Source of the DNA: the human T2T-CHM13v2.0 reference genome, Homo sapiens
NCBI RefSeq assembly: GCF_009914755.1
Contig: NC_060929.1
Strand: one strand, 5' to 3'
Length of the DNA: 64,000 bases
The notes beneath the pieces are model-generated. The model made no database searches, had not been told where the DNA came from, and saw nothing but the letters and a program-made list of their open reading frames with translations. Shown here piece by piece: positions 1 to 14,600 of this stretch. Made by a program: the position numbers and the translations under genes. The stretch's first letter is position 1; each line of letters opens with the position of its first letter.

Positions 1-186
1 CTCCTCAGAAATGGAAAAGGTTTGAGAACCTTTGATTATCTGAGAGCTAATGGGTCTGTGTGTTTTTCTCTTAGTGCCCTGGGGAATAGAAGAGAATTAA
101 GAGATTAGGTAGTTTACAGGAAGAAACCTGATGGGCTGTGAAAGCTCGAGGTCTCTCTTATTTCTTCTAGAATAAATAGCAACAGT

Positions 187-840
<654 letters not shown>

Positions 841-1689
841 CAGCCAATCCCCAGAGAGCCGACAAAGGGACCCGGGTGACAATGCCTACCTCCTAGAAAG
901 CCAAATACGGATCAGTTTCAACAAAGCAATTGGAACGGATTGATGCATCAGAACTGCTCCCCATGGATGCACTTGCACCGCCCTGTATGAGTCCTAGAAA
1001 TCAATAGGCACTACACACCCCTCACCAGGGTATCTTCAAGAATAATTAATTAATCAAGGCATTAAGCTACAGGAATAAAATCTACTTTTTATTACTTGTA
1101 TTCTTAAAAAGAAATGATTCAAAAATTTCACAATTGTAGGAGTTTTAAGGTGTCTATATTTTATATATGTTGCCTTCTGTGAAGATAACAGATTTCATTT
1201 GCTTGACGCTGTCATTTTTATACCTATTTTCAATACATATACTCAAATTTTGTGACACAGCTGAAAATTCAACCTTCTTTTTAACGTCAGAAAAAATTTA
1301 AATTGCAATTGTGACCCTAAGGTTCAAGCTTATTCTTCAGAGTTTTCACCATGGTGATGGACTTCAAGAATTAATCTTAGAAATCTCTTGTTACTGGATT
1401 CTCGCTTTTATAACTTTGTAATAGGAATTCAGTGAGATGTTGAAAAGAAAGGTAATTTACATTTCACACAGCCTCTGAGTTTCCTTCAGGTGTGACCAAC
1501 ACCAACTCTGAAATTGCATCTGCTCCATGTTGCTTATTTTCTAAGCACCTGGCCCTGACGGTTTCAACCCCTACCTCTCCAGCAGACACCTTCCAAATAT
1601 GGTTATTTCTTTCATTGTGATATCATATTTTCAACTCTTCCTCATCTCACAAGCTATTTTGTCATAATTTACCTAACTATTCAGGTTCA

Positions 1690-3255
1690 AAAGTGCAACC
1701 AATTTCAAGCAGGAGAAATAAAAATAAATCCACACTAAAACAGATCATAATAAAATTTCCAAAACCCAAAGGGAGATAAAGTTCTAAAAGCAGATAGAAA
1801 TATACATATATATGTATATGTATATATTTAATGTAATACATATATATAAGGCATATACGTAACACACAGACAGTGTGTGCAGACAGAGACAGAAACAGAG
1901 AGACAGAGACAGAGAGTGCTTTGAAGGAATGAAAATAATAGTTGACTTCCCAATAACAACCATTTAAACCATAACACATGGAAATGACATCTTCAACGTG
2001 AAGAAGGGATAAAATTTTACATCCCCCTTGAAAATATCTTGCAAGAATAAGTGCTAAACATTCTTTACTCAAAAAAAAGTGAGAGTGCTTTCAACAACAT
2101 AATAATAAAAAAAATTCTTAAGAATGTAGGTCAAACAGAAAGAAAATTATCTCACATAGAGAGTTTAAAATGTAAGAAGAAATTAAAACCAAAGAAAGTG
2201 GAATACATGCATCATTTAAATAACATTTATAACATAAAAAAGAAAATGTCTTTTGAAGATTAAAGTATAATTTTTTAAACAACAGTAATAGTGAAGGCAG
2301 GAGAGAGTAAAAATGAATTCAAGTGTTATATGTTCCTTCCATCGTTTGAAAAGAGAATACAAATATTAAATTAGTTTAGAAGTGGTAAGTAGGCATGTTG
2401 AAATTAACAGGATAGGACTTAAAATAATAGAAACAAAATATAAAACTCTCAAACTTATGAAGAGGAAAAATGACTTTAAAAAGATACTCTGTTAATTTAA
2501 AGGAAGTCATGAAAGAGATAAAAATTTATAGAATGAGTTGGAAAACTACAAATCACAAACTAAGATGGCATGTTTAAATCCAAATACATCAGCAACTGCA
2601 TTAAATATGAAAAGAATGATTTCCTAGTAAAGCACTAAAAAGCATGAAACATTCTGAATAAATTAGGCCTGGCTTTATGACACAAGGTTGGTTCAACAGT
2701 GAAAACTCATTCAGTGTAATCCAGGGTATTGACAGATCAAGTGTGGAATGTTATAGATCCAGAAACAGCATTTGATCAAGTTTTCCACACACACAGAAAA
2801 AAATTGCTTAAGAAACTGGAAATAGAAGAGATATGTCTTAGCTGAATAAAAGGCATCTACAAAAAATCCATAGCAAACATTCTATTTAATTGTTAAAAAT
2901 TTCATTTTTTTGTTTTGTTTTGAGATCAAGAACAAAACAAAGATGCCTTATATCAAAAATTCCTTTCAACATTGTACTGGAGAACCCAATCAGCATAATA
3001 AGGTAAGAATAACAAAGAAAAGAAAAAATTTATAACAACTAGATGATATAAATTCTTTACATAAAAAAGAATTCATATATAATTCATTAGAAATAATTTT
3101 TAAAATTTAGCAAAATTAAAAGCTTACCAAAACTCAACATATAAGCATCAATTTCATTTCTACATATCAACAATAAAAGGTTACAAAACAGAAATAAAAA
3201 TACCAATTACAATAGAAAAAAATAAATCCAAGGGGAAAAAATACTAAAGAAACAT
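1690..3255 (+). mobile_element. Old L1 (L1M/L1ME-type) fragments, ORF1 end and ORF2 RT pieces
   Basis: A-rich; L1 ORF2-like GGTTGGTTCAACA, GCATTTGATCAA and TTCAACATTGTACTGGAG; contains (TA)n/(GACA)n simple repeats at ~1800-1915. Confidence 0.65.
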
Positions 3256-3322
3256 ACGCTGGTATTGACGACTACCTTCTTCTACTACCCATTCTGTATT
3301 CCCTTTGCCTTCAGCAAGCACC

Positions 3323-3760
3323 TCAGCAGGTTGTGTTTGTTTGTGTTTGTTTTTGTTTTTTGTTTTTTGTTTTCCCTGGTGGAGTGAGCCAAACCTTCTT
3401 TCCTGAGGGGTCTGGACCATTTACAATGCTGCCTGGATTGGGTTGTTGTAGTTTCCCATTGACCTTAATCACAGGGCATGGTAATACTAAGAGATGCCCT
3501 AATGGATCTCCTGTATTCCATGCATACTCTTCCTTACCTCCATTGTGGAGCAATAAACTGATTTCATCTTGATAATCCGGGTCAATCACCCCAACCAACA
3601 TCAACTCCCTTCTTAGCCTGTTGACTTAAAGGTAGGAGGAGCCAAAAGTGTCCAGGTGGCAATCTGAACTTCCAGTTTAATGGAATCGTTGTTGTGTCCC
3701 CTGGTGGCAGCATTCCTCCCTCTGGCACTAAGACCTCTAGGACCGCAGAACATAATGTCA
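3323..3760 (-). pseudogene. dut: ERV-L dUTPase remnant (frameshifted)
   Basis: LEVLVPEGGMLPPGDTTTIPLNW...LPPGHF, then GVIDPDYQDEI (dUTPase motif 3) in another frame. Confidence 0.85.
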
Positions 3761-6000
3761 TGTGAACAGGAAGCAAAAATTTTGATAGTGGATCACTGGG
3801 GGTGGTCATGAGTGGTGCTTTCACTTCCACCCCTTGATTCCTGGACCCATGAATCCTGGCTATAGGAGAAAGAGTACCATATGTTGGATGCTGATTCAGA
3901 GCATACACGGCCTTCTGCAGAACTTTGCCCCAGCCTTGCAAAGTATTGTCATCTAGTTGGTGTTGTAATTGTAACTTCAAAAGGCAACTCCACCGTTCTA
4001 TCAGTCTAGCTGCTTCAGGATGATGGAGAACATGGTAAGACCAGTGAATTCCATGAGCATGAGCCTACTGCCGCATTTCTTTAGCCATAAAGTGAATGCC
4101 TTGGTCAGAGACAATGCTGTGTAGAATACCATGACAGTGGATAAGGCACTCCGTGAGTCCATGGATGATAGTCTTGGCAGAAGCATTGTGTGCAGGGTAG
4201 GCAAACCTGTATCTGGAGTAAGTGTCTATTCCAGTGAGGACAAACCTCTGCTCTTTCCATGATGGAAGAGGTCCAATATAATCAAACTGCCATGAGCTAG
4301 CTAGCTGATCACCCCAAGGAATGGTGCCATATCAAGGGCTCAGTGTTGGTCTCTGCTGCTGGCAAGTTGGGCACTCAGCAGTGGCTGTAGCCAGGTCTGC
4401 CTTGATGAGTGGAAGTCCATGTTGCTGAGCCCATGCATAACCTCCAAACCTGCCACCATGGCCACTTTGTTCATGAGCACATTAGGTGATGACAGGGGTG
4501 GCTCAGGAAAGAGCTGAGTGGTGTCACAGAATGGGTCATCATATCCACTTGATTATTAAAATCCTCCTCTGCCGAGGTCACCCATGGGTGAACACTCACA
4601 TAGGATACAAATACCTTCATAGATTTTGACCACTCAGATAGGTCCATCCACATACCTCTTCCCCAAATTCCTTTGTCACCAATTTTCCAGTCATGCTTCT
4701 TCCAAGTCCCTGACCCTCCAGCCAAACCATTGGCTACAGCCAATTAATTGGTATATAATCGCACATCTGGCCATGTCTCCTTCCATGCAAAGTGCACAAT
4801 CAGGTGCACTGCTCAAATTTCTGTCCATTTGGAAGATTTCCCTTCACCGCTGTCCTTGAGATGTCCTGGAAAGGGGCTGTAGGACTGCAGCTGTCTACTT
4901 TCGGGTGGTGCCTGCATATCACGCAGAGCCATCTGTGAACCAAACCCTAGTCTTCTCTTCCCATCAACTGATCATAGGGAACTCCCCATGAGGCCATTGG
5001 TGCAGGCTGGTGGAGAGAAGGCAGGGTGGCAAGAGTGGAGACCATGGGCATTTGAGCCACTTCCTCATGTAACTTACTTACTTACTGTGATTGAACTATG
5101 GGGGCCTGCCAAAAGCTCCAAACTGCATCACTATCTGCCACTGCCACCTCAAGTACCACTGGATCTGCTAGGTCATATGGCCCAAGTGGCAGAGCAGCTT
5201 GCACAGCAGCCTGGACCTGTTGCAGAGCCTTCTCCTGTTCTACACCCCACTCAAAACTGGCAGCCTTTCAGATCACTCGATAAATGGGTCAGAGTAACAC
5301 ACCCAAATGAGCAATGTGTTGCCTCCAAAATCCAAATAGGCCCACTAGGCATTGTGCCTCTTTCTTGGTTGTAGGAAGGGCCAAATACAGCAAATTATCT
5401 TTCAACAGGTCCCACACCACTGGACTCCTAGAAATTTTACTGAGGTAGAAGTTTCCTGAATTTTAGTCAGATTTATTTCCCATCCTCTGACATGTGACTG
5501 TCTCACCAATAAATCTAATGTGTTTGCTACTTCTTGCTCACTGGATCCAATCAGCATCATGTCATCAATGTAATGGAACAGTGTGGCATCTTGTGGAAGC
5601 AAAAAGTGATCAAGGTCTCTCCGAAAAAGATTATGACACAAAACCAAAGAGTTTATATGACCCTGAGGTAGGACAGTAAAGGTATATTGCTGCTGAAGGC
5701 AAATTTCTTCTGGTAGGCCTTATGGACAGGAATGGAGAAAAAGGTGTTTGCCAAGTCAGTGGCTGCCTACCGGGTACCAGGAGATGTGTTAATTTGCTCA
5801 GGCAATGAAATGCATCTGGTACAGCAGCTGCAATTGGAGTCATCACTTGGTTAAGCTCACAATAATCCACTGTCATTCTCCAAGATCCATCTGTCTTCTG
5901 CACAGGCCAAATGGTAGAGTTGAACAGGGATGTGGTGGGAATCACCACCCCTGTGTCTTTCAGGTCCTCGATGGTGGCACTAATCTCCGCAGTCCCTTCA
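3760..6000 (-). pseudogene. pol: ERV-L pol remnant (RT, RNase H, integrase), multiple frameshifts, stops and a deletion
   Basis: ORFs 5631-5948, 5402-5647 ([12 protein letters not shown]), 4471-4743 (AVANGLAGGSGTWKKHDWKIGDK) and 3582-3980 (WGKVLQKAVYALNQ); boundaries approximate. Confidence 0.88.
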
Positions 6001-7120
6001 GGGATGTGATATTGTTTTTGACTTAACTATTTTTCTAGGTAGAGCCAGCTCTAATGACTTCCATTTGGCCTTTCCTATCATAATAGCCCTCATCCTCCCA
6101 CTCAGGGAGCCAATGTGGGGGTTCTGCCAGCTGCTAAATATGTTGATGCCAATTATACATTCTGACACTGAGGAAATGACCACAGGATGAGTCCAGGGAC
6201 CCTCTGGACCCACTGTAAGTTGGACTTGAGCTAAAACTCTTGTTGGGTGGCAGTGGTCTGACAGCACCCTCGCGTACATCTAATTCCTTCTGTGTGTTCT
6301 GTGATGACCCAAGTCATAGTGGGCTGCTGTTCCTGCCTTTTCCTATCCCCCTATCTCTTCTCATGCACCATGCCCCCACCAAGAATGTTCTCTCTCATAT
6401 CTGATTTCTTAAATATTGTTTATTTTTTCATAATCTTAATTAATTCAATGTCTGCACCAAGTCACTCAAGCTTAAATTGCCCTCATCTGAAATGCTAGAC
6501 TATGCGATCATTTGCTGGCAGAACTGTCTGGTTTCACAGTTACTGGTTTCCAGTATCCCCATGTGGGTTTTGATCTTGGTCACTATATGATGAGCTGTCT
6601 CCAGTCAGAGACACTAGGTCATGCTACCACAAAGCCCTCATGGTACTTAAGGTATTTTCCACATAATAAGTGATAAATAATTATTTAATGAAGAGTAAAC
6701 CTGTTATCAATTCCTCTGAACATCACATTTATCATACATAGAGAAAATTAAAGGCGTCTCATTTTAAAAGCACCCTTATCCTGGATTTCTAAATCTTGCC
6801 ATAAACATGTCATGGATGAACACACATCTTCCCCTAGGTAGTGACAGGTTTCAAGAAATAAGTCAAGAAAACTCAATGGTGTCCCAATGTAGACAGAGAG
6901 AATACCATAATGAGATTCTTGTTGCTAAAGAAATTACCACGAAGTCCAAGAAAGTATTAATTACAGTGGATCTTGCGATCACTAATCTTTCAACCTTCTA
7001 TGCTTGAGGATAATACCTGCTTTTAAAGTAAGGAAATAAAACATTTGGTACAACAGAGGATAAGAGAAGAAGAAAGGGAAGAAGCTGTGAAACGTAAGCT
7101 CTAACCATGCCTTACATCTA

Positions 7121-7203
7121 TTAGGTTGATGCAAACGTAATTGCGGTTTTTGCTGTTTAAAGTAATGGCAAAAACCGCAATTACTTTTGCACCAATCAAC
7201 TAA
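7121..7203. mobile_element. MADE1 mariner MITE
   Basis: TA-preceded ~80-bp palindrome TTAGGTTGATGCAAACGTAATTGCGGTTTTTGC...GCAAAAACCGCAATTACTTTTGCACCAA. Confidence 0.9.
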
Positions 7204-7505
7204 TTTTATCCTCTCTAGAAAGGTAACACTTCTGCAGTAGAGAAGGCTTTGCAACAGCAGCCACCCGAGCTGGTCATGCCTCGTTATCTGGGCAATCAGG
7301 ACTGGGAAACAATAAAGAGGCAGAAAGTCACAGACAATCTGGAATACTCATTGTGGCCATTAGTTCTGATTTGGCTGCATCCCAGTTGATCACCTAGCAA
7401 TACCTGGCAAGACCCCATTTCAGCGCTGTGGGAGCTGTGAATCAGTTCACCTGAAGGTGTTTCTTACCCAGTGAACACAGCCAAGTATAGAAGTCAGGAC
7501 TCTCA

Positions 7506-7909
<404 letters not shown>

Positions 7910-10454
7910 TCAGACTCTCTTATGAAGGTATGGGGGTCGGTGTTCTCTGAGACCTCTGAGTATTTGAGGAAGGGAGAGCCCAAGAGCCCACAAGCCATTG
8001 AGACACATCAACATTCTTCCAAAAAAGTTTAGATTTTCCTGTTCTTCACCAGGAGATCCACATGCCTATTGGAGACCAACTGTGCACTGCTCACTAGGTG
8101 AAGAAGGGCCCATCCTCTTCTTGAGGGTCCACATTCACAATGGGGCTCACAGTGCTATGTGTGTGTGTTGGTGGGGGCTCCCGTGACGTTCCTCGGGAAC
8201 CACACTGCAGGCTGCGTAAGTCCAGCCCTTTCCTGGTAATCTAGTATCACCTGCCAGCTGCTGTAGAGTCTCAAGAGAAGAAACCAGCATGTTTGGATGT
8301 TCTGGATTGATGAGAACAGCCCCAGCCTGGCTGGCCTGGCCTTGGGGAGACTGTCAACATCTGACACTGGCTGAGCAAAATGGATGCACCAGACCTGATC
8401 TCTACTGAAGGCAAACCACCATGTCTGTCTGCGGTGGACCCCTCATAGAGCCATGTAGCTATCTCTTATTCCAGATTCCTTGTTTTAATCGCATGTTACT
8501 AGGGCCACTAACTAGGCTTGTTCATAGCAATAAGAAAAATCACAGTCGTCAAGAGCACACAGTACAAGAGCACCAGGAGACTCTTGGACTGCAAAGTACA
8601 TGAAAGACCAACTCCATCATCTCCCTCCTACCAACCCACTCTCCTCCTACATAAGAAGAACAGAAAAAAGCAAGAGAGAAATTTAGTAATGAAGACAATG
8701 GGAGTTACTGGAGAGAGAGGAGAAAATGAGGACGGAAGGAGAGAGAGAGAGAGAAAGCATTTCGCCTCTGAGGGCCTTAAAAGGAGCCGGCCTAAGTGTC
8801 ACTTCCCGAAAACCCTGCCCCTTAAATAACCCCCAATCCCACAGCCCCTTGGACCACGTGACATGAGGACAGGTGTCAGAGGTGAAGGTGAACAGAGGTG
8901 TCCATAGGCATTTCAGGAGAGTTCAGAGGAAAAATGAAGTTTTGTCATTATAGATATGAGGTACTTTAAAATCCCTTATTATGAGGCAGTATGGAGTCTA
9001 GAGTTAATAAGTATCCATTGGCCCATCTCTTTAAAAGCTTTCTAAGTAAGAATACCAAAAGGACCCAGCTAGCACATAGCTCCCTAGCCTCCAGGATTTG
9101 AATGCCAGCTTGGCTTCATTGTCTTCAGGACAGGGATAGAGCACATTCCCAGGGCTGTTCACTGTCCCCTGACTTCTCATCATGCTGTACCAGGCAGTCA
9201 TCTGGAACAGGCTACACCTTCAAATCCTACTGGGCCATCTCCCAATAGAAGCGGTTACTGGATTGGGCTGTCTGCAGCTTCCTATAGGGTTGTTTCATCG
9301 CAACCTGTGTTATGCCATTTCCTCATCTCCTTGTGGCTCCTCATCACTCATCAGCCTCGTAGGGACCCACCTGTCTGACGCTGAATACAACTGATTGGTC
9401 CTGACCTCTGCTTCCACTTCCTAAGCTACCCAGCCTCTAGACTAGCATGGTTTCCAATAGCTTTGGGAGAACACTCTCCATCTTGTTTCTCTCCTAGGTC
9501 CTCAGGACTCTATCTCAGGTATCTGGGACCTTTGCTGCTACTGTATCAACTCCCCTCTGCCTGGACCAGGATGGCTATGCAACAGAACAGATAACCCTGA
9601 CTGCATGAATGCCACCCACACAACCAGTGATGCTCAGCAAAATAGAACCACTGGGCTGTTATTCCAACAAAGCAACTGCATCATTTCTTTTTGCAAAGAA
9701 AAACACAAATTTTAGACTGCCAGTAAGTATTAAATCCATACTTGTTCACAACACCAAGTTCATACTTGCAAAGATATAAAAAATGTCTTCAAGACATTGT
9801 ATAGCATAGAACCTTAAAATCAAATTGGAAGAAGTAAGATTTACATCAACATTCCAAGAGTTTATTCAGTGCTGGTGATGTGCATTATGTGAAAACATCA
9901 GCAAAAGAGGACAGGCAGATAGAAACACAGCTACATATGCCCATACTATATAATTAAGCAGTAAATTGTGTAAATGAAACAATGTGCTAGAAATACTCAG
10001 AGGCATTGGTAGCAGATAGGGGTCTAAGTCTATATTGGATGAGAAGAACAAAACCATCAGCTCCTTTCCCTCCAACATGTAAAGGTTGAAAGGACATGAT
10101 GACGACTCAGGGCTTGGACAAAGGTCTTGGGCACATGAGCAGATTAAACTCACACAAAGGGTGGCTCAGATCACGTCCACACTCTCACCCCTTGCTTAAG
10201 TAAAAGGCAACTCTTTTGAGCCAATCCAAGCATTCTCAACGGAAGTAAGGAGGCAAAAATTGACACCTGGAGGAAAATAAAGTCTTACATATTGCAATGA
10301 TTTGTGGTCCTTCAAAGCTCAATGCTACCCAAAAAAAAAAAAATCTGTTTCTCAATATTTAATTTATCTTATTCAATTAAATTGAAATTTTCTCTTTAGG
10401 GGGGTGATAATAAAAACAAACTGAGAAATATTGACTTAAGCCTTTTTAATAAAA

Positions 10455-11650
10455 GTTGGCCAAGCTCTCATCAAAATTAAAAACTTTTGAGCATCAAAGA
10501 ATACTATAAAGGAACTAAAAAGATAGTCTAAAAAGTAGGAGAAAATATTTACAAATCATATATCTGTATGGGACTTGTATCCAGAAAATATAAAGAACAA
10601 TTAAACTTCAACAATGAAAAAGACAAATAGCCCAATTAAAATAAGATCAAAGGGACTCAACCAGATATTTCTCCAAGAAGATATATAAATGGCCAACAAG
10701 TACACAAAAAGATGCTCACCATCTTCAGTAATGAAGAAACTGAACATCAAAACCACAATGAGATACCACTTCAAACACACCGAAAATGACTATCATTAGA
10801 AAAGGAAAAAATGGCAAGCATTAGCAAGAATGTGGAGCATTGGAACCCTAGCAGTTGCTGGCGGGATGTTAAGTGGCACACGCCCACTGTGGAGGGCAAG
10901 GCAGTTCCTCTAAAGGTGGATGTAGAATTACCACAGAACCCAGCAAATCAATCCTTGAGTATATGCCTAAGAGAAATGAAACGTGTTCATGCAAAAGCTT
11001 GTACATACATGTTCATAACAACATTATTCAAAATAGCCAAACAGTGCAAATAACATAAACGTCCATCAATTAATGAAATGGATAAACAAAATGCGGTGTG
11101 TCCATACAATGGAATATTACAGTAAGTTCTGACTTAAATGAGTTATTGGAAACTGTGACTTTAAGCCAAAGGACTTGCAGCAGGTCCTTGAATAACGTAA
11201 TTTCGTTCAACATCATTTCATTATATTGATGGAAGAAAAGAAATTGGTTTCATTATAAGTCATTGCACTTAAAGCCACAGTTTCCAAGAACCCGTTGATG
11301 ATATTAAGTGAGGATTTACTGTATTTGGTAACAAGAAGGAAGGAAGCTCAGGTACAGGCTACAATATGAATGAGCCTTGGAAACATGCTACGTGAAAGAA
11401 GTCAGTCAAAAAGCATTATGTATTGTGTGATCTCACGATTCTATTTACATGAAATGTCCAGAATAGGTAAAGTCATAGAAAAAGAAAGTAAATTAGTAGT
11501 TGTCAGGGTCTGGGGAAGAGGCGATGAAGTGACAAAATTGTTGTGAAATTAAACAGTGGTTATGGTTGCACACCTTCTGAATATACTAAACAACACTAAA
11601 ATATATCCTTTCAAGTGGTGAGTTTTATGATATGTGAATGAAGTCTTTTT
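10455..11650 (+). mobile_element. L1M (L1MB/MC-like) 3' portion
   Basis: ORF2 C-terminal and 3' UTR motifs (AAAACCACAATGAGATACCAC, ATGGATAAACAAAATG, GGTTGCACACC). Confidence 0.85.
11120..11321. mobile_element. MER6B-like TcMar-Tigger MITE nested in L1
   Basis: TA TSD on both sides; inverted termini CAGTAAGTTCTGACTTAA / TTAAGTGAGGATTTACTG; internal CAGCAGGTCCTTGAATAACG. Confidence 0.8.
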
Positions 11651-14600
11651 TAAAAATTGGTTAGATTATTTTTCCCAGACAAAACTTGGTAAGGGCTCAC
11701 AGCATTCCTAAGATGCTGAGCAGAGGGAAGAGGTCATCGTGCCTTCTGCTCTTGCACTAGTGAAGAGAAGTCAGCCACCCTCCCCAGACACCGCACCAGC
11801 CTAGACCTTGCAATGTTTCTGTTAAAACAAACAAAATAATCTCAACTGAAAGAAGCATTTGGCCAGCTAGGATGTTGCTTCTATCATCTGATTGCACAAG
11901 GCTTAGTGATTAATCTATTGATCATTCCCATCTCCTCTGTTAAGCAAGCATGACCATGCCTGATAACTGCTGGGAAGATGAATCACTGAGCGGGGCTGGT
12001 GATATTAGTCATGAGTATGTATGAAATTAGAGAAGAGAAGGACGCAGATTTCTATGAGGATTAAGGAGAAAAGCATTCTGTGGCTGTATTTACTCTCTGC
12101 TCATCCTCAGCAAAGGTTCCGTAAGTGACGTTTCATCTTCCATTACCTTGTTCCCAAACAGGAAATACTAAAATAAGAGAAGTGCCTTCAGAAAGTGACA
12201 GGCACTGAGAGCCAGAATGAATCGTTCGCTACTAACAACCTGTTTGAAGCAGAAAATTTTGCTGCATTACACGAACTGAATTTACAGCTTCCATTCTCCA
12301 AAGATTAAAGAGATTATTCCTAATGTAATCAGTAGCCATCGCCTTTAAAATAGAGAACTATTTGTGACTTCAAAAGGTTTTGAAGAAGAGTCTGTGGCTC
12401 CATCTTTCCCCAGTATCATTACGATCATTGCTTTGTTTTGCCATAGGCTGCTATTACGTAATTACTTTGGAAGTGTGTGCCTGTGGGGTTTGACTGGTAG
12501 AAACAAGGAGGCAGAATTGAACTGGAGCTTGTCCAAGAAGTGGAGAAGGCAGGAGATAGGCATACTGGTGAAAACCTCAGCTGCGCTGCAGGATTCATCT
12601 GTGATCGTGTAAACAGAGAGGGGGACCCCTGCAAGCAGTTTCAGCCCTGTGGAGTCCCCATTGTCTTCAGTCTGTGACAACTGTTTCTGAGGCAGTGCAC
12701 ACTCAGAGCCCAGCAAGCTTGACCTCCAGGCCATGTCTGCCCTCCTCTCCCCACAGTCTGTCCTCAGAGAGCCCCATGGAGGCAGTGCCCTCTCTTATCA
12801 GGGAGCTTCTTAAGGCAGATTCAGGCTGAGACCTCTCTCCAGGTCTCACAGATTTCACGACTGGGCTGTTCATCCCCCAACCCTGTCCCTGCACCCTCCA
12901 CTCCACACCCCTTCCCTCCTGCTGTTCCTTGACTTCACTTCCTTTTGTTCTAGTGTCACTAGAAAGAAGGGACAGCTGGTTACCCTCCTCAGCCTAGCAG
13001 CCCCTTTTATTCTTGAAAATGGCTCTTCCATCACTAGAATAATTCATCCTATTCTGTCTCTTCCTCAAATTCAGCTTTCAAGCCCTGAAGCACAGTCACT
13101 GTTTTCTACAGACACCTCCTCCTTAAATGGCCCTTTTCACTCCATTTGTGGGCTCTCCAGTGGGACACCTCTATTTATTGCCCACTCATTATGGGAATGA
13201 GCATAAAGATCTAGCGACAGCCTTTCTGTCTGCATTATAATACCAATTCCTCACTAATTCCCCTTGCCCTTCCATTTAAAGAGATGCTACCTCCTTTGCT
13301 TCCTGGCAGACCCAGCAGACCCCCATCCCTCCCTACTAATGAGCTGGCTCTTCCTGCTAATTTAACCTCCACCTGCTCATCCCTCCCATCTGACTCTGGG
13401 CCTGGGGAGGCTGTCAGGTCCCAAAGAATAAGCCATGGTTGTTGACGACTCAGGGGAATCAGCCGAAATCCTGAGACAGAACAATAGTTAGTGGTGATGA
13501 CAAACTTCAAGCCTCAAATCTTTTAAAACAGAAGGAAAGTGGAAAATATCAGCAAAGACTAGGCATTCACATATCAAAAGTAGTTTTGTTTCATTTGAAA
13601 CAGGTTTACAAAAATCATAAGGAGGTAATGAAAAGTCTCATTTCTTTTCACTATTGTTGGAAATCTGTCTCCTGGTATTATAGAGAGACTATGCCATCTA
13701 CTCGAACTTCCTTTGCCCCCAGCAGAACTGTCTGAGAGGCTGCTGAGTTCATTTCATCCGGGATGCACTGAAGACTACCAAGAACCATTCCATCCATGGC
13801 CATCCTCTGGCAGACATTCTCACCTGGACATCTCCTCTTTCCACGTGCCTCTTGTCCAGGATGCATTTTGTCACATATTTTTTACAAAAGCATGTCAGGA
13901 GCCACTTCATAATCAGTCTGAAATAATGTCTTACTGTATAGACCAATGCTTTTTCCAGTGGGGTGCTCTTTCATTTCAGGCTCAGTGGCTTTTTTTTCTG
14001 AAGCTTATATAAATCCATGTAATGATATTTCACATATAGAAAGTAGGTTCCTTTAGATACCTCCTGAACTCTTCAGCCTTCAGGAACTTCTCTACCTTCC
14101 CTTTGTTTTCTTCTTGCCCAATGAGGGCTGCACCTGCTGTGTCCTGTCGACATCTGTTTATTTCAATGACCTGAGTATCGCGGCGTCTTCCCTTACGTCT
14201 TCTGCTCAGGCCACAGATGTGATCATCAGCATGACGCATCCGTCATTCACAGGAACACAGCCAGGTGGTAAGGTCTGCCCCTGAGGAATGGTTAATTTGG
14301 GTTGATTTTCATGCATTCCCTTATTTCACTGAAACCAAAGGCATTGGCTGGCCATAACCAGGCCAGGGATGGGGTGCTTTCTTTGGACTAAAGGCTAAAG
14401 GGAATGTAACTGACCAACAAAGGGATAGTACTGGGTGGTGCACACACCAGCTAATTGACTGAGCTGGCATGCAGCCTTGCTTTGTCTCAGATGCTGGCAA
14501 GGGCGTTATAATTAGATTTTCCCATCGTTGTGGCAAAATAAGGGTCAATTGTCTTGCATACCCAATCATGATTGTACCACCCTTATTGCAGGTTTAATCC

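Larger units (their letters stand above)
3257..6240 (-). mobile_element. ERV-L (HERV-L-like) internal fragment, pro-pol-dUTPase, no LTRs
   Basis: Minus-strand translations give protease-like VLAQVQLTVG, RT WPVQKTDGSWRMTVDY and HYIDD, RNase H WFTDGSA, integrase and then dUTPase; dUTPase after integrase is the ERV-L gene order. Confidence 0.92.

Noticed and set aside
3323-3980. Intact dUTPase gene
   Set aside because: Split across two frames with a (GTTT)n expansion downstream; a decayed ERV-L remnant
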